A DNA stretch of 54,338 bases from a virus, in the UHGV virus genome UHGV-1367341. One strand, given 5' to 3'. How positions within the stretch are numbered: the stretch's first letter is position 1; every line of letters starts with the position of its first letter. The notes below the pieces were generated by a model. It worked only from the letters and a program-made list of their open reading frames with translations, was not told where the DNA came from and made no database searches. A program made the translations under genes and the position numbers. Shown here piece after piece: positions 50,283 through 54,338 of this stretch.

Positions 50283-52913
50283 CTATCGTGGCTTATCTGT
50301 CATCTTGGGGAGGTACTCAATGGTACACCCAAAGATTGCTTCCTCGGGGTCAAGCTGGCATAGCAAGGCCACCTTGAAATACTTGAAAGGAGTACCGCTG
50401 ATACCTCGCAGGATGTGGTCCGCACTTGATGAGATCACATGCCAGTCGAAGAGGTCACGCGAGCCGTAGAGGATCGTTCGCACGTGCCCCTTGCGGAAGT
50501 ACCCACGCTGTATCACAGAGCGGATAGTCTTCATCGTGTCGGGTGCTCCGAGCTTCAACGGGCGTGTCACCAGCAACCCTCGTACGCCCTTTGTTGGGTC
50601 GATCTTAGAATAGTCCACCACCTTACCATCCTTCGTCACGGCTATCGTCTGCGGGTAGGAGTTCACGGCCTTGCGAATGTCGGTAGGAGTAGTACTCCAC
50701 TGCTTGCTCTTGAGCGAGTAGACGTAGGTGTACGACGTCTTGGGGTTGTAGGCATACAGACGCTGACGTGGGTAGTCGTAGATCATCTCTGCCTCAGCGA
50801 GGAAATCCTTGAGAGGGAGGTGGTCTGTCTGCTCCTTGGGGATACCTGCCTCTCTCGATAGTTCGTCAGACTTGGGCAACCCCTTCAGCGATGAGCTTCG
50901 ATTTGGGTCGAGCGAGTCAGAGATACACACACATTGCGAGCCTGACAACATCATGATACCACGCTCACTGGTGAACAGCACCGCGTTGTCGATCTGCGTT
51001 ATGCTCTTTGGATTGATGCACACGTCACGTGAGATCGGCTGCTTGGCGGTATATGTCCCGTCCTTTGCCACCTCGAGAGCCCATACGCCATCTGTGGACA
51101 GGGCATAGAGGGGGAACTGACCGAACTGCCCTGCGGAGAGAGCCTTCGTGGCCGCGCTAATCCCGAGGATCTTACCTGTACCGATTGAGTTCACCCCACG
51201 CGTCGGGAAGTTAAACGGGTTGTTCACCTCCGAGGTGTACACCTTGTTGGGCAATGGGAAGGTACGCTTAGAGGTAGCTTGCACATTGCTCTCGAATGCT
51301 CGGAGGTCACGCTCCGAAGAGCTCACCCATCCCTCAATAGGAGACAGGTGCATGCCCATAGCATAACCCCCTGAGAGGAAGCTGTGCTTTGTGAGCTCGC
51401 GCTCCAGCTTCTTGTATATCCAAGTCGATCCTACTACCTCCTGCTTGTATGCCACCACCTTGTAGGCTCTGTTATCGGGGCAGTAGACGAACGTCAGTAG
51501 CTTGTCTACATCCACGCTCGAATATACCCCTGCACTTATATATACGTCCTCCCCGTCGTCTCCCTTGATGACGAAGAACATATATAAGAACTGGCTCGCC
51601 ACGGGTGTGGTATACGGGAATAGCCTCCAGCGATCACTCTGTGGGAGTAGCTGCTCCGAGAGGCCCGTGATATTTAGACGTGAGTTGTAGATATACGCGC
51701 TCGTCGGCACGGTCTTGTGATGCGACTTCGCGTCATCATGGAGCGTTTCGTACGTGGCGATGTGCTCTAAGAAGCCCTCCTTATCGAAGCGCATATCCAG
51801 CTCATGGCTTAGGGATATAACCCCTGGTTTGATCTCGGCTGACTTGATGAGGTAGAATGAGCTGATGCCCCTAATCTGAGCGTCTACTCGCTCGGAGTTG
51901 TTCAGGGCGTACCACTTGTTATCGTGCCATGCCGTCGGGTCTAAGATATTCACCTCCCACTCGCCAGGTATGACCCACGGCTGGAAGCGTCCCGTGCTAC
52001 GTATCTCGGGAGTGAAGCCTGAGTAAGCCCTGGATATGGAGAAGGGGCGAAGGATGAGACCGAGCGGATCAAGGACAGAGCCATTACCCGTGAGCGGGTG
52101 CTCCTGGTCCCATGTGTATATAGGAGACGATATAAAGAAGTCTACGCTCTTCACGATGTCACCCCACTTGGTCAGTCGCTTGTAGTCCTCGGGGTCGTCA
52201 AGTGCGTGGGAGAGGTCACTCACAGATAGCGAAAGTTTTATCTTGCCTCCGCTGAACATGAAACGATTGCAGGTATTCGGGATCATAAGCACAGGAGGCG
52301 ACGGCATCGTGGTAGATCCATCATAGAGCCTGAGAGCATAGCGAATAAAGAAGGGGAAGATGAACTTACCCTCCTTGTCGTAGTGCTTGGCGCGCATCCT
52401 ATTGAGTAGCGACGCCAGCTGCTGCTCGCGATCTCGCCCCCTATCGTAGTTCTCCTCTACTACCACCTCCTTAGTCTTGAGCGCGAAGGACACCTTGGGG
52501 AATGGTATCTGATCACCCAGGTGTATGTATCCCTTTGTGGAGTCCTTGTAAAGGAAGTAGTGCATACCCGTAGGGGTGAGCACCAGGAGCGTATTGCCAA
52601 CGCTCTGTATCTCCGTGATGTCCTTGCCCACGCTATCGAGCGGCACTAATGTTCCCCCGTCCTTGGTGTATGCGAGCTCTCCCGTCTCGGGGTCACGAAG
52701 GATATAGTGGCGAAATGACGGGGTCACATGAACGTGATCGATCGTCTTCCCCTTCGGCAGGTCAAAGATTGCAGCTGGAGGCTGAATAGGCTTCAAAGCC
52801 TCATCCTCGGGGACAAGGCCTGACACACCTTCGAGATCCCCGTCGGGCACTGCATAGTCGTCGGGGGTTGTGGAGAAGCCGCGGTAACGGATCTCTCGTA
52901 TCTGTGTAGGCAT
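50283..52913 (-). CDS. large hypothetical protein (876 aa), beta-rich, no enzymatic motif recognised
   Basis: Last gene of the long leftward unit. N-terminus MPTQIREIRYRGFS carries the (I/V)R(Y/F)R motif that recurs in the giant cargo protein. Confidence 0.55.
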   Translation of the reverse strand: MPTQIREIRYRGFSTTPDDYAVPDGDLEGVSGLVPEDEALKPIQPPAAIFDLPKGKTIDHVHVTPSFRHYILRDPETGELAYTKDGGTLVPLDSVGKDITEIQSVGNTLLVLTPTGMHYFLYKDSTKGYIHLGDQIPFPKVSFALKTKEVVVEENYDRGRDREQQLASLLNRMRAKHYDKEGKFIFPFFIRYALRLYDGSTTMPSPPVLMIPNTCNRFMFSGGKIKLSLSVSDLSHALDDPEDYKRLTKWGDIVKSVDFFISSPIYTWDQEHPLTGNGSVLDPLGLILRPFSISRAYSGFTPEIRSTGRFQPWVIPGEWEVNILDPTAWHDNKWYALNNSERVDAQIRGISSFYLIKSAEIKPGVISLSHELDMRFDKEGFLEHIATYETLHDDAKSHHKTVPTSAYIYNSRLNITGLSEQLLPQSDRWRLFPYTTPVASQFLYMFFVIKGDDGEDVYISAGVYSSVDVDKLLTFVYCPDNRAYKVVAYKQEVVGSTWIYKKLERELTKHSFLSGGYAMGMHLSPIEGWVSSSERDLRAFESNVQATSKRTFPLPNKVYTSEVNNPFNFPTRGVNSIGTGKILGISAATKALSAGQFGQFPLYALSTDGVWALEVAKDGTYTAKQPISRDVCINPKSITQIDNAVLFTSERGIMMLSGSQCVCISDSLDPNRSSSLKGLPKSDELSREAGIPKEQTDHLPLKDFLAEAEMIYDYPRQRLYAYNPKTSYTYVYSLKSKQWSTTPTDIRKAVNSYPQTIAVTKDGKVVDYSKIDPTKGVRGLLVTRPLKLGAPDTMKTIRSVIQRGYFRKGHVRTILYGSRDLFDWHVISSSADHILRGISGTPFKYFKVALLCQLDPEEAIFGCTIEYLPKMTDKPR

Positions 52914-52921
52914 ACTCTAAT

Positions 52922-53305
52922 CTATTTACGTGGTGGCTGGATCTCGTAGTAGGTGGTGCTGGCTATCTGACGACGCTTGACGTAGAGCTGGACCACCTCA
53001 TCCTCGATGTCGTAGCGGTAGAGGATAGCGGCAGCCGTAGGTGTCAGGCTCTCGAAGCCGTGGGTGTTGGTATCCTCGTTATACTGGATAACTGGGGCAG
53101 CCTTTACTTGGGCTTCAGAGGCATCCTCAGGCAGGAAGGAGAAGCCGTATGTGGCGCGATCCTGTATCGAGAATACAAGCATACGCCTGCCGACAGCCTT
53201 CTCGCCTCCCATTTCTCGCAGTAGTCGAGGTGAAAGTGTTATTGACGAGTCTCGCGAGTCTATGGTCACAAGGCGTTTGCGCTGGTCGAGGAGCTTCTTA
53301 AACAT
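52922..53305 (-). CDS. hypothetical protein (127 aa)
   Basis: ORF overlapping its upstream neighbour by 8 nt. Confidence 0.4.
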   Translation of the reverse strand: MFKKLLDQRKRLVTIDSRDSSITLSPRLLREMGGEKAVGRRMLVFSIQDRATYGFSFLPEDASEAQVKAAPVIQYNEDTNTHGFESLTPTAAAILYRYDIEDEVVQLYVKRRQIASTTYYEIQPPRK

Positions 53306-53528
53306 AGGGTTGGAAGTTGGTTATCTTGGTGCGGCTTCGGAATGAGATCGTCTTGATGAAGTTGAACGACCTGTTCGACGCAAGGACCTCTCGGTGGGCC
53401 CTCGCATCCTCCTTTGTCTCGAAGATGTGGGAGGCTATCTCGCAGTTACGCGTGCCTATATGGTAGACGATATTCGCGTAGTATCGACGACCGAGGATGT
53501 GGTCAATGATTAGTGATAGTAGGTTCAT
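53298..53528 (-). CDS. hypothetical small protein (76 aa)
   Basis: ORF in the compact leftward array. Confidence 0.35.
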   Translation of the reverse strand: MNLLSLIIDHILGRRYYANIVYHIGTRNCEIASHIFETKEDARAHREVLASNRSFNFIKTISFRSRTKITNFQPYV

Positions 53529-53589
53529 AGCTCTGCTTTTGAAGTAGCCCCCTCTCCGCTTGTCGTACGCAGAGAGGGGGCTGGGTTAG

Positions 53590-53790
53590 TTACTCTTTGG
53601 GGGTGTTGTGTAGGGCATCGAGGAACGCCTCGGCTACCGCCTTGCCGTATCGGTCGGAGAAGCACCCATTAAACTCGATGCTTAGCCCGGGGCCGTGCAT
53701 AGTGAAACGGGTGTGCGTAGCTTCGTCGAAGCCGAATTGAGATCCGCCAGGGATCGTCGTCCACTGAACGCGAGGGTGAGAGATCTTCAT
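53590..53790 (-). CDS. hypothetical small protein (66 aa)
   Basis: ORF two nucleotides downstream of 53793..54179. Confidence 0.35.
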   Translation of the reverse strand: MKISHPRVQWTTIPGGSQFGFDEATHTRFTMHGPGLSIEFNGCFSDRYGKAVAEAFLDALHNTPKE

Positions 53791-53792
53791 GG

Positions 53793-54179
53793 CTATGCAG
53801 CTTTGATGATGTCTACAATGTCGAGGACTCGAGCGTCGGTGACGTCTTGGATGCGTCCGTAGCTTGCCATGTCGGAGGCATCCATGATTGACAGCTCCTT
53901 GACAAGCGTCTTGCGCGTCACCTTCTTGCCGTCCACCTCATCGACAACACTCACGATATAGTAGCCAGCCGACGTGCTGTCCACGTCAAGCCCCATGGCG
54001 TCGTTTACCCCTAACGGCTTTAGGCTCTTGATAGCCACGGGTGATGGCGTGAGCTCATTGAGGTACTCCAGCGTGCGAGCCTCTGCCTCTGTGTAAGAGG
54101 CTGCGTTGACGAGGTAGGTCTCGGTGATTTTCTTGTCCTCCAGGTTATGGTAGGATACTCGTGCGATAAATAGGTCCAT
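53793..54179 (-). CDS. hypothetical protein (128 aa)
   Basis: ORF with an acidic C-terminal half. Confidence 0.45.
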   Translation of the reverse strand: MDLFIARVSYHNLEDKKITETYLVNAASYTEAEARTLEYLNELTPSPVAIKSLKPLGVNDAMGLDVDSTSAGYYIVSVVDEVDGKKVTRKTLVKELSIMDASDMASYGRIQDVTDARVLDIVDIIKAA

Positions 54180-54201
54180 GTTAGTTTGTATTAGTTTTCT
54201 A

Positions 54202-54338
54202 TCTGTTCTTTACTCGGTCACCTACATTCGTATGCATATAGGTGACTGCATCGACTTTCAGCTCTGTTACGTCCCCGTTGTCAAGCCTGACTTTGAGATA
54301 GTACCTATCGGGTCTATACACTATATCCCCCTCCCAAA
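54202..54338 (-). CDS. C-terminal part of an ORF entering from the right edge (... WEGDIVYRPDRYYLKVRLDNGDVTELKVDAVTYMHTNVGDRVKNR*)
   Basis: Open frame from the edge to the stop (rc TAG at 54199..54201). Codon phase joins exactly with the ORF at 1..175. Confidence 0.4.

Overview
The whole window reads as a temperate phage genome from a Bacteroidetes-type host. Genes lack Shine-Dalgarno sequences and have A-rich leaders, one promoter fits the TTTG-N20-TAnnTTTG pattern, a DUF3127 protein is present, and GC is high (mid/upper 50s % by eye, not computed). It is probably the complete circular genome opened inside a small gene: the minus-strand ORF at the left edge (1..175) is frame-continuous with the ORF fragment at the right edge (54202..54338).

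Layout:
- Leftward early/replication-recombination operon (about 13299 down to 188, wrapping to about 54179..50283): Cro-like HTH, SbcC/Rad50-like zinc-hook ATPase, RecT, MBL-fold hydrolase, DnaD/DnaC-like replication pair with iteron-like repeats inside the gene, DUF3127 OB-fold protein with an SSB-like DDLPF tail, RuvC-like resolvase, C5-cytosine methyltransferase, and many tiny Met-Thr-start ORFs.
- Rightward lysogeny module: CI-like repressor with S24 peptidase domain, a low-GC moron cluster, a tyrosine integrase, and a candidate attP with arm-type repeats.
- Rightward late module (18012..50203): a 4,584-aa polyvalent-type cargo protein carrying two ART-like plus HExxH-metallopeptidase units and a ParB-like region; putative portal; TerL and a rhomboid protease on the opposite strand; scaffold-like and capsid-like proteins; tail fibre with LDSDGLLP motif; holin-like protein and M15 endolysin; a collagen-repeat fibre with BspA-type LRR; three tandem paralogs.

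No tape-measure, sheath or tube genes were recognised, so a short-tailed virion is inferred. All functional calls rest on motifs read by eye; no database searches were run.
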